From positions 1-27,677 of the IMG/VR virus record IMGVR_UViG_3300046001_006334: a DNA stretch of 27,677 nucleotides; one strand, written 5' to 3'. The notes under the pieces are model-generated. The model was not told the origin of the DNA. It searched no databases and saw only the letters and a program-made list of their open reading frames with translations. This document shows, in pieces, positions 16,369 to 23,920 of the stretch (positions are counted from its first letter, which is position 1; each line of letters opens with the position of its first letter). The DNA comes from a virus. Taxonomy: Duplodnaviria > Caudoviricetes. The translations under genes were made by a program, and so were the position numbers.

Positions 16369-16706
16369 CAGGTCATCTCCCCGTTCTGCTTGACGAAGGA
16401 AACGCGGCCCGCGGCGACCTGGATCATGACGCACTGCTGGTCGGCGTCGCGGCAGGCCTGGGCGGCGATGGAGACGAGGGTCTTGCCCGCGCCCGCGCCC
16501 GTGTCCATCGCAATCTCGTACTTGAGGCTGTCGTCGTTGAAGACGACGCCGTCCTCGTTGCGCCAGACGCCCGTCACGAGGGTCTGTGTGTAGCCGCCGT
16601 AGTTGTCGAGGACTGCGGTGCGCAGCGCACCGTGAGCGGCGGTGGTCTTGCGGCCCAGGTCGTTGCGCAGGGGCAGGATGATGAAGGCGATCTTGAGGTC
16701 GGTCAT
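16368..16706 (-). CDS. DUF3574/SAM-lyase-like protein (PII/ferredoxin-like fold)
   Basis: Pattern GGYT....G.W....G....D.S....I ... L..IA......Q.CV resembles phage SAM lyases and DUF3574; AAGGACAAG RBS. The gene is solid; the family call is tentative. Confidence 0.55.
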   Translation of the reverse strand: MTDLKIAFIILPLRNDLGRKTTAAHGALRTAVLDNYGGYTQTLVTGVWRNEDGVVFNDDSLKYEIAMDTGAGAGKTLVSIAAQACRDADQQCVMIQVAAGRVSFVKQNGEMT

Positions 16707-16717
16707 GGCTCTTGTCC

Positions 16718-16885
16718 TTATTGAGTGCAGATGCCAGCGGAGATCAGGCTGGCTGCGGTTCGGCCGTAGCGGCCCTGGAGGGACCAGGCGGCCCCTGTGT
16801 CAATCAGGTTCTGGAAGAAGTCAACCATTTGGTCCTCCTCCATCTCGCCCTGCTCGTAGGCCATGATGTCGTCGATGCTGGGCAT
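16718..16885 (-). CDS. Small acidic early phage protein (55 aa), first gene of the leftward operon
   Basis: MPSIDDIMAYEQGEMEEDQMVDFFQNLIDTGAAWSLQGRYGRTAASLISAGICTQ with RBS GAAGGACAGAGACA. Not in the ORF track. Confidence 0.8.
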   Translation of the reverse strand: MPSIDDIMAYEQGEMEEDQMVDFFQNLIDTGAAWSLQGRYGRTAASLISAGICTQ

Positions 16886-16930
16886 TGTCTCTGTCCTTCT
16901 GTCGCAGCGGCTTGTCCCAGCTGCCCCTCC

Positions 16931-16959
16931 TCTCTAGGCCCCTCGGAAACAGGTGTCAA
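16931..16959 (-). promoter_or_regulatory. Leftward sigma70-type promoter
   Basis: TTGACA, 17 bp, TAGAGA on the minus strand. Confidence 0.7.
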
Positions 16960-16996
16960 GCGTTTGGTTGTGAAAAATATGCAGGCGAGAAAATGC

Positions 16997-17025
16997 TTGT
17001 ACAACGCGGGGGCCGGGTATAGAGA
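16997..17025 (+). promoter_or_regulatory. Rightward sigma70-type promoter
   Basis: TTGTAC, 17 bp, TAGAGA (within TATAGAGA). Confidence 0.55.
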
Positions 17026-17067
17026 GGAAACCCGTCGGGACAAGCCGACAGCAAAAGGACAGAGACA

Positions 17068-17271
17068 ATGATCGACACGCATGACATCCGCCGCGACCCC
17101 CGCAGGCTCGCCGCCATGACCACGGACCAGGCCAGCCACCGGGGCTGGGACTTCCGCCCCGCAGGGGAAGTGCCGAGGTGGGCGCGCGCCATAGCCGAGG
17201 TGTTCCGGCCCCGCAGCATCGTGATCCTGGCCGTCATGGCTGGCGTCGTCAGCCTGTGGTGGCTGTCATGA
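17068..17271 (+). CDS. Small protein with C-terminal TM helix
   Basis: RBS AAGGACAGAGACA-ATG; hydrophobic C-terminus. Confidence 0.65.
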   Translation: MIDTHDIRRDPRRLAAMTTDQASHRGWDFRPAGEVPRWARAIAEVFRPRSIVILAVMAGVVSLWWLS

Positions 17272-17795
17272 CCGTCGCTGACATTCCGGCTTGGGCGCTA
17301 GAGGGCGACCGATACAGCCCGAACCTTCGCCGCTGGATGAGGAAAAACAGCAGGCACCACGGCAACGACGTGTTCGCGGACAAGGGCGGCAAGCTGTGGA
17401 TCGGCTGGATTGACGACGGCCCTTCGTTCATCGGCTCCCGCCTGTGGCGCGTCCTGACTGTCGGCGGACGGGCCGAGGTAGGGTGCTGGATGTTTCCGGT
17501 CAGCGACCTGACGCCGGTTCCTGACTTCTGGGCCAACTACGCCCGCATTGGTCGCTGCGCTATCGACCCCGACCACTCGCACTACTTCATCGGCGACGAG
17601 CCGCGATGGACGGAACAAGGCGACACCCGGTCCTGCAACTGGTGCGGCAACCATCGCCAGTTCCGCCATCGCTGGACCGAGACCGTCGAGCGCCAGCGTT
17701 GGGAAACGAGAACAGCCGTTGAAGGCCCCTCGGTGGGGACGCAGCCGCATCGCGGCGAAGTGAACCAAGCCTCTCAGGAGAAAACCAATGTCTGA
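17268..17795 (+). CDS. Hypothetical Trp-rich protein with CxxC
   Basis: ATGA-coupled start at 17268; GRCAIDPDH and RSCNWCG motifs. Confidence 0.7.
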   Translation: MTVADIPAWALEGDRYSPNLRRWMRKNSRHHGNDVFADKGGKLWIGWIDDGPSFIGSRLWRVLTVGGRAEVGCWMFPVSDLTPVPDFWANYARIGRCAIDPDHSHYFIGDEPRWTEQGDTRSCNWCGNHRQFRHRWTETVERQRWETRTAVEGPSVGTQPHRGEVNQASQEKTNV

Positions 17796-18192
17796 TGCAG
17801 TTAGGGTTCCGACAGAGGCAGAAGCTGCGGTCATCAAGTGGCTGTCTGAAACCGACAGCTACGGGCTCCGCATGGAGCGGCTGATTGGCGACCTTGAGAA
17901 CGAGGCCGACATTCTCCCGTGGTTGGTTGCCGCGTATAACCTCGCAGCTTCTCCCTCTGTGGGAGGTTGGGGGGACATAAGCACGGCTCCGAAGGATGGG
18001 GTGACCGAGGCCGAATGTCTCCGCATCGACCAGTTGCCGTTCGATCTGGCGATGAAGGTCTATCGCGCTCTCGGCTTCCAGCGACGCTCAACCCCTCCAC
18101 CATCCTCAGTCTCTACAGGTTCACGGCCCCAAGAGGCCGTACCCACCGAGCAAGCGGAAGCGGCTGTTGTAGCCCGCGTGGTCCAGAAATGA
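17788..18192 (+). CDS. Hypothetical mosaic protein with a DUF551-like W.DISTAPKDG motif
   Basis: AGGAG RBS, lower-GC codons, overlaps both neighbours. Confidence 0.55.
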   Translation: MSDAVRVPTEAEAAVIKWLSETDSYGLRMERLIGDLENEADILPWLVAAYNLAASPSVGGWGDISTAPKDGVTEAECLRIDQLPFDLAMKVYRALGFQRRSTPPPSSVSTGSRPQEAVPTEQAEAAVVARVVQK

Positions 18193-18440
18193 AGAACCCT
18201 TGCACTACCCCCGAGGTCAGGCAGCACATCGCCCTGTCCATCAGGGTGGCGGGGAGCCAGCAGGAGCTGGCCCTCGCCCTCGGCGTCACGCAGCAGGCCG
18301 TCAGCGGCTGGCTGAACGGTGCTCGCTGGATGCCAGTGCGCCACGCCCAGGTCATCGAGCGCCGCTACGGCGTGCCGGCCGCTGGCCTGGTCAACCCCGA
18401 GAAGCTGGTGTTCGCCCCCACCCCCGCCCCGAAGGACTGA
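18189..18440 (+). CDS. Cro/YdaS-like HTH transcriptional regulator
   Basis: AGSQQELALALGVTQQAVSGWLNG...P...A..IE...GVPA..L.P; ATGA-coupled start at 18189. Confidence 0.85.
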   Translation: MKNPCTTPEVRQHIALSIRVAGSQQELALALGVTQQAVSGWLNGARWMPVRHAQVIERRYGVPAAGLVNPEKLVFAPTPAPKD

Positions 18441-18442
18441 CC

Positions 18443-20653
18443 GTGCCAGCAGCCAACCTCATCGCTGCTCTGCAGCCGCTGGTCAGCCGTGCCCGCACGG
18501 ACGTGACCGCTATCAAGGCCTCGACGGGCATGGCCTGGACCCGGGAGGCGCTGACCGAAGTCCGGTTGAAGCGCCACCTCGACGGCACGATGCCCCGCGG
18601 CGTGTGCCCCATCAAGGCGGGCGAGAGCACCACGCGCATCGCCCTGTTCGACCTGGACAGCCACAAGGGCGCGACGTCGTGGAACGCCATGACCAAGGTC
18701 GCCTCGGCGGTCTGCAGCGTGCTGGAGGATCGGGGCTATAGCCCGGTGGTCTTCCGCTCGTCGGGAGGCAACGGCATCCACATCTTCCTGGTCTGGGCTG
18801 AACCCCAGGATGCCTTCTCGGTGCGCCGGTCCATGAAGGGCGCGCTCGACGTCATCGCCTATAGGGACGGGGCCAAGGGCGTAGCGCAAGGCGAGATCGA
18901 GGTCTTCCCCAAACAGGACAGCGTGCCCGAGCACGGCTTCGGCAACCAGTTCATCCTGCCTTTGGCGGGCAAAAGTGCACCGCTGGAGCCGATGCTCGAC
19001 TTCGAGGTGATGCCGCGCGAGTACGCGCTGGAACTGGTGTGGACGCCGTCGGCCCCGGTGCCGGTGGTCGAGCGGCCGCAACGCGAAACCCAGACCCTGA
19101 CTGTGTTTGAGGGTGGTGCGCTGACACAGCTGCAGGCCGCCCTGGCCGCGATCCCCAACGACACCGACCCGCTCGGCTATGACGAGTGGCGCGACATCAT
19201 CTCGGGCATCCACTACGCCACGGGCGGGAGCGATGAGGGATATGCCCTGGCGCTGGAGTTCTCGGCCAGGGCTCCGCACTTCGACGAGGATGAGCTGGCC
19301 ATCAAGGTCTGGGCCTGGCTCGACCAGAAGGGCGAGACCGCGAACCCCGTCACCGAGCGCACGGTCTTCGCCAAGGCGCGCGAGCACGGGTGGCAGGACG
19401 TCGCCTCGGCCGACGACTTCGAGGACTTGACGCCGGCTGTGCGCGAAGAGGACGAGCGCATCGACCTGCCGCTGCCCGGCTTCCAGCGCGACGGCAACGG
19501 CCGGATCGAGGCGGTCATCGGGAACGTGCGCTCGGCGCTCCTGCGCCCTGACGTCTGCGGCATGGACATCAGGTACGACACGTTCCGCGCCGAGATCGTC
19601 TACGCCGACATCGACAGCCCCGGCAAATGGCTGGCCTTCAAGGACCACCACGCCGTCGAGCTGCGGCTGACCTTGGAGAGGTTGGGCTTCAAACCCGTCG
19701 GCCGTGAGCTGATCCGGGACGTGGTCAACTACGTCGCCCAGATGCAGAGCGTCGACAGCGCCCAGGTCTGGCTCGGTGGTCTGAAGTGGGACGGCGTGCG
19801 CCGCGTCGAGCGGTTCTACGAGACCTACTTCAACGTCGAGGCTGGCCCCTACACCCGCGCCGTCTCGCGCTACATCTGGACCGCTATGGCGGGCCGCGTG
19901 ATGTCGCCCGGTTGCCAGGCCGACATGGTGCCGGTGCTCACCGGGGCGCAGGGGCAGCGCAAGACCTCTGGCATCGTGGCGATGGTGCCCAACGACACCT
20001 TCCGTGAAATGTCGTTCCACCAGTCGGAGGAAGAGCGGGCCCGGCTGATGCGTGGCGCGCTGATGGTCGAGCTGGCCGAACTGTCGGGTCTCAAGACCCG
20101 GGAGAACGAACAGATCAAAGCGTGGATCACGCGGCGCAAGGAGGACTGGACCCCGAAGTATCAGGAGTTCGCCGTCAGCCTGCTGCGCCGTTGCGTGATG
20201 CAGGCGACCTCGAACCCGACCGAGCTGCTCGACGATCCGACCGGGTCACGGCGGTGGTTGCCGATGGCCTCGGGCGACGTGGACGTCGAGGGCATCGCTC
20301 GCGACCGCGACCAGCTGTGGGCCGAGGCCTTGGTGATGTTCGATGCTGGCGGCGTGGACTGGCAGCAGGCGCAGGCCTTGGCCGAGGGAGAGCACGACGC
20401 CTATCGGGTCACAGATACGTGGGAGGACACCATCGTCCGGTGGCTGAAGACGCCCGAGCTGGACGGCACCTTGCCGGGCGCGGAGGGCTTCACCACACAC
20501 CAAATCCTGACGGAAGCCCTGACCTTCCGCGAACACGCAATAAAACGCGCGGACGAGATGCGGGCGTGCAAGGCGCTCAAAGCCCTCGGTTTCTGCCAAA
20601 AAGTGCAGAAAGACGGTCGCAAGTCGGTTCGGAGGTGGGTGTCTACACCCTGA
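18443..20653 (+). CDS. DNA primase-helicase: AEP-like primase, PriCT-2 and VirE/VapE-like P-loop domain
   Basis: LFDLDSH and RSSGGNGIHIF (primase), YDEWRDIISGIH (PriCT-2), LTGAQGQRKTS, ELAEL and TGSRRWLP (VirE). GTG at 18443 after GAAGGA. Confidence 0.9.
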   Translation: MPAANLIAALQPLVSRARTDVTAIKASTGMAWTREALTEVRLKRHLDGTMPRGVCPIKAGESTTRIALFDLDSHKGATSWNAMTKVASAVCSVLEDRGYSPVVFRSSGGNGIHIFLVWAEPQDAFSVRRSMKGALDVIAYRDGAKGVAQGEIEVFPKQDSVPEHGFGNQFILPLAGKSAPLEPMLDFEVMPREYALELVWTPSAPVPVVERPQRETQTLTVFEGGALTQLQAALAAIPNDTDPLGYDEWRDIISGIHYATGGSDEGYALALEFSARAPHFDEDELAIKVWAWLDQKGETANPVTERTVFAKAREHGWQDVASADDFEDLTPAVREEDERIDLPLPGFQRDGNGRIEAVIGNVRSALLRPDVCGMDIRYDTFRAEIVYADIDSPGKWLAFKDHHAVELRLTLERLGFKPVGRELIRDVVNYVAQMQSVDSAQVWLGGLKWDGVRRVERFYETYFNVEAGPYTRAVSRYIWTAMAGRVMSPGCQADMVPVLTGAQGQRKTSGIVAMVPNDTFREMSFHQSEEERARLMRGALMVELAELSGLKTRENEQIKAWITRRKEDWTPKYQEFAVSLLRRCVMQATSNPTELLDDPTGSRRWLPMASGDVDVEGIARDRDQLWAEALVMFDAGGVDWQQAQALAEGEHDAYRVTDTWEDTIVRWLKTPELDGTLPGAEGFTTHQILTEALTFREHAIKRADEMRACKALKALGFCQKVQKDGRKSVRRWVSTP

Positions 20654-20880
20654 CTACACTCTGTCTACAACCGAAACTACAGAGAAAAGTTCTTTGGTTT
20701 CAACGTGTCTACGTCCTCTACACTATTACTACTCAACTATAAGAGGGAGTAGTAGGGGCCCGTGTAGGGGCTCTGGGCAAGGGTAGAGGAAAAACTGCCG
20801 TAGAGGTCGTAGAAAGCGTAGAAACCCAACAAAACCAAAAACTTAAATCTCTACACCCAGGTGTAGACGTTGTGTAACCA
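20641..20880. repeat. AT-richer non-coding region with CTAC/GTAG iteron-like repeats; candidate replication origin
   Basis: About seven (T/A)CTAC copies at 20641-20733, then about seven GTAG(A/G/T) copies at 20749-20823, an A-rich run, and TCTACACC/GGTGTAGA at 20850-20867. It sits right after the primase-helicase. Confidence 0.6.
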
Positions 20881-20897
20881 CCAAGGAAATCGCGAAA

Positions 20898-21074
20898 ATG
20901 GCCAGGCTAGGCGAAAAACACCACCACGCGAAGCTGACCAACGCCGAGGTCGAGCTGATGCGGTCGATGTATGAGGGTGGCGGCTGGGGTTATGACCGGC
21001 TGGCGCAGAAGTTCGATGTGGCGAAGAGCACGGTGCAGCACATCATCACCTTCAGGATCAGGAAGCAGGGATGA
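20898..21074 (+). CDS. 58-aa HTH DNA-binding protein
   Basis: MARLGEKHHHAKLTNAEVELMRSMYEGGGWGYDRLAQKFDVAKSTVQHIITFRIRKQG; ATGA overlap with the next gene. Not in the ORF track. Confidence 0.8.
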   Translation: MARLGEKHHHAKLTNAEVELMRSMYEGGGWGYDRLAQKFDVAKSTVQHIITFRIRKQG

Positions 21075-21316
21075 ACAGGCGAGAGCTATTTGCGGGTGCC
21101 GGCGCAGCGGCGTTGTCAGCCGCTATGCCGGTGCTGCCCGTGGGCCCGGTCACGGCCACCGAGATCAGGGACTTGCAGGAAAAAGCACGCAAGGACTTCG
21201 CAGTCGACGAGAGCACCTCGATCTGGTTGGTGAGCTGGGGGACGGACGAAGTGGTGCAGGTTGAGGGCGAAGTGGTAAACGGCCAGCTGTATTTCCGGCG
21301 ACCAAGCCAACTCTGA
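21071..21316 (+). CDS. Small protein with a twin-arginine-like N-terminus
   Basis: MNRRELFAGAGAAALSAAMP. Confidence 0.55.
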   Translation: MNRRELFAGAGAAALSAAMPVLPVGPVTATEIRDLQEKARKDFAVDESTSIWLVSWGTDEVVQVEGEVVNGQLYFRRPSQL

Positions 21317-21360
21317 TCGTATGTCTTCGCGGGGAACACGCGCGTAGCTTCCTGCTCGTA

Positions 21361-21894
21361 ATGGCCCGTCCCCTCCTGAACATTCCGACCACCGCCTACG
21401 ACCCCGAGAAAGCCGCGCACATCTGCGCCGAGCTGGCTAAGGGCGAGACGCTGACCACGATCCTGCGGGACATGGGCGACGTCGCCCCCTCGCGTTGGTC
21501 GATCTACCAGTGGAAGACCTCGACGCCCGAGTTCGGCACCGCCTACGACCTGGCCCGCGACGTGGGCTTCGACGTGATCGCCGAAGACTGCATGCACATC
21601 ATCGAGGACGGCTCGAAGGACTGGACCACCCGCAAGGCGCGCGACGGGTCCGAGTACCAGGTCGTCGATAACGAGGCCCTCGGCCGCTCCAAGCTGCGCG
21701 CCGAGATGCGGCTCAAGCTGCTGGCCGTGTGGTCGCCGCGCTACCGCCAGATGTCGGGCCTGTCGATCTCCAACCCGCAAGGCGGGCCCGTCGAGTTCAC
21801 CGACGCCGCGGCCTCGGCCAAGATCGCCTCTCTGCTGGCGCTGGCCAAGTCGCGGGCGGCCGGCGAGCCCGAGGACGGCTCGGACCTCGCATGA
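21361..21894 (+). CDS. terS: Terminase small subunit
   Basis: YDPEKAAHICAELAKGETL..I......PS...IY.W......F...Y..AR..G.D.IAE...IIED...RSKLR...R.KLLA; directly upstream of TerL. Confidence 0.85.
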   Translation: MARPLLNIPTTAYDPEKAAHICAELAKGETLTTILRDMGDVAPSRWSIYQWKTSTPEFGTAYDLARDVGFDVIAEDCMHIIEDGSKDWTTRKARDGSEYQVVDNEALGRSKLRAEMRLKLLAVWSPRYRQMSGLSISNPQGGPVEFTDAAASAKIASLLALAKSRAAGEPEDGSDLA

Positions 21895-23477
21895 CGGCCC
21901 CCTCGGTCGCCGAGGTCATGAAGCTGCTGCCCTACCTCACCGAGAAGGAGCGCGGCGAGCTGTGGGCCCTGCTGGCCCGCGACAAGAAGCGGTGGCGGCC
22001 CCTGCCTGGGCCCCAGACCGACGCCTACCAGAGCGAGGCCGACATCATCGGCTACGGCGGGGCGGCGGGCGGCGGCAAGACCGACCTGGCCTGCGGCAAG
22101 AGCATCGAGGACCACCGCAAGATCATGATCCTGCGGCGCGTCGGCACCGAGCTGTCCGCTATCGAGGACCGGCTCGAAGAGCTGTTCGGCACCAAGGACG
22201 GCTACAACTCGACCAAGGGCATCTGGCGTCAGACGCGCAGCGACGGCAAGGCCCTGCAGATCGAGCTGGGCTCGGTGCCCAACGCAGGCGACGAGAAGAA
22301 ATACCAGGGCCGGCCGCACGACCTGATCGTGTTCGATGAGGCGGCCAACTTCCTGGAGCTGCAGGTCCGCTTCCTGCTCGGCTGGCTGCGCACCACGGTC
22401 GTTGGTCAACGCTGCCAGGCCCTGCTGACCTTCAACCCGCCGACCAGCGCCGAGGGTCGGTGGATCGTGGACTTCTTCGCCCCGTGGCTGGACGACAAGC
22501 ACCCCAACCCCGCCGTGCCAGGCGAGCTGCGCTGGTTCGCCACCGTGGCTGGGTCGGACATGGAGGTCGACGACGGCACCCCGTTCGTGATCGTCGACGG
22601 CGAGCCCGACTACGACTTCAACCCCGACGACTACGCGGAGAGCCCAGACCTGGTCATCCAGCCCATGTCGCGGACCTTCATCCCCTCGCGAGTGCGAGAC
22701 AACCCCTTCCTCACCGGGACCGGCTACATGAGCACGCTACAGGCGCTGCCCGAACCCCTGCGCAGCCAGATGCTGAACGGCGACTTCAAGGCGGGCATGG
22801 AGGACGACATCTGGCAGGTCATCCCGACCCGCTGGGTGGAGATCGCACAGGCTCGGTGGACCGCGCGTTCGCCCAAGCCCGAGATGCTCTCGCTCGGCGT
22901 CGACGTGGCACGAGGCGGCAAGGACAAGACCGTGATCTACCGCCGGCACGAGGGCTGGTGGTTCGACGAGCCCCTTGAGTACGCAGGGAGCGAGACGCCC
23001 AACGGCCCTATGGTCGCAGGCCTCGCCATCGGCGCGAACCGCAACCACAGCCCCATCCACATCGACATCATCGGCGTGGGGTCGAGCCCCTACGACTTCC
23101 TCAAGGAGGCCAGGCAGCAGGTGCTCGGCGTCAACGTCTCGGAGAAGTCTGGGGCTCGCGACAAGTCAGGGCGTCTGGGCTTCTTCAACCAGCGGTCGGA
23201 GCACATCTGGCGGCTGCGTGAGCTGCTCGACCCCGAGGCCAACAACAACATCGCCCTGCCCCCTTCGAAGAAGCTCCTGGCCGACCTCTGCGCCCCGAAG
23301 TGGAAGCTCCGCGGCTCGCAGGTCTACGTCGAGAGCAGAGAGGACATCGTCGACAGGATCAAGCGCAGCCCAGACCACCTGTCGGCCCTGGCCCTCGCCT
23401 GCATCGACACGCCCAAGGCCCGCAACATGCCCGGTATGTCTTCGAGGAGGCCCCGCGACTACGATCCCCTCGCTTAA
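21891..23477 (+). CDS. terL: Terminase large subunit
   Basis: Walker A YGGAAGGGKT, Walker B IVFDEA, coupling motif TFNPP, nuclease LGVDVARGGKD and RSPD. ATG at 21891 overlaps the TerS stop. Confidence 0.95.
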   Translation: MTAPSVAEVMKLLPYLTEKERGELWALLARDKKRWRPLPGPQTDAYQSEADIIGYGGAAGGGKTDLACGKSIEDHRKIMILRRVGTELSAIEDRLEELFGTKDGYNSTKGIWRQTRSDGKALQIELGSVPNAGDEKKYQGRPHDLIVFDEAANFLELQVRFLLGWLRTTVVGQRCQALLTFNPPTSAEGRWIVDFFAPWLDDKHPNPAVPGELRWFATVAGSDMEVDDGTPFVIVDGEPDYDFNPDDYAESPDLVIQPMSRTFIPSRVRDNPFLTGTGYMSTLQALPEPLRSQMLNGDFKAGMEDDIWQVIPTRWVEIAQARWTARSPKPEMLSLGVDVARGGKDKTVIYRRHEGWWFDEPLEYAGSETPNGPMVAGLAIGANRNHSPIHIDIIGVGSSPYDFLKEARQQVLGVNVSEKSGARDKSGRLGFFNQRSEHIWRLRELLDPEANNNIALPPSKKLLADLCAPKWKLRGSQVYVESREDIVDRIKRSPDHLSALALACIDTPKARNMPGMSSRRPRDYDPLA

Positions 23478-23492
23478 GCCCGAGGCCATCCC

Positions 23493-23792
23493 ATGTGCGG
23501 TAATCCGCTTCGACTTCTCTCCCCCGTTGCCGCTGTCTTCGGCGCTGCCAGCGACCAGCGCAAGGCGCTGCGCGCGCAGGAGGCTGCCCAACGCGAGGCC
23601 GCCGCCGCCGCCGCCAAGACCCAGGCCGACGCGCAGCAGGCCGAAGCCAAGGCCAACCGGCAGGCACCGAACCTCGCCTCGCTCTTCAAGGCCAACAAGG
23701 TGGGGTCGGCTGCGGCCACCCTGCTGACCGGGCCGGGCGGTGCCCCGCTCCAGAACATGGCGCTAGGTAGGAACGTGTTGCTGGGAGGATGA
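23493..23792 (+). CDS. Small Ala-rich virion-associated protein preceding the portal
   Basis: MCG start and TLLTGPGG...LGRNVLLGG end, typical of BPP-1-like pre-portal genes; GAGG RBS. Confidence 0.75.
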   Translation: MCGNPLRLLSPVAAVFGAASDQRKALRAQEAAQREAAAAAAKTQADAQQAEAKANRQAPNLASLFKANKVGSAAATLLTGPGGAPLQNMALGRNVLLGG

Positions 23793-23920
23793 CCATGACC
23801 ACCGAACAGATCGACCGTCTTGCCGACGCCTGCGGCGTCCAGCGCCGTGGCCGCAGTGATGAGCAGGTCTTCGAGGCCTGCCTGCGCTTCATCTACGCCA
23901 ACATGGGCTCGCCCGCGTGA
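23789..23920 (+). CDS. Small hypothetical protein (43 aa)
   Basis: ATGA overlap upstream and GTGA overlap with the portal start. Confidence 0.55.
   Translation: MTMTTEQIDRLADACGVQRRGRSDEQVFEACLRFIYANMGSPA

Noticed and set aside
16886-18440. Lambda-like lysogeny switch
   Set aside because: Only a Cro-like HTH is present; no CI repressor, integrase or att site is recognisable, so lifestyle cannot be determined from this window.
14930-21890. N-terminal extensions from the ORF track (starts at 15163, 17178, 17967, 18200, 21729; likewise 3295, 3429, 4325, 7389, 8471, 12653)
   Set aside because: They overlap upstream genes. Downstream starts with an RBS or stop-start coupling fit better.
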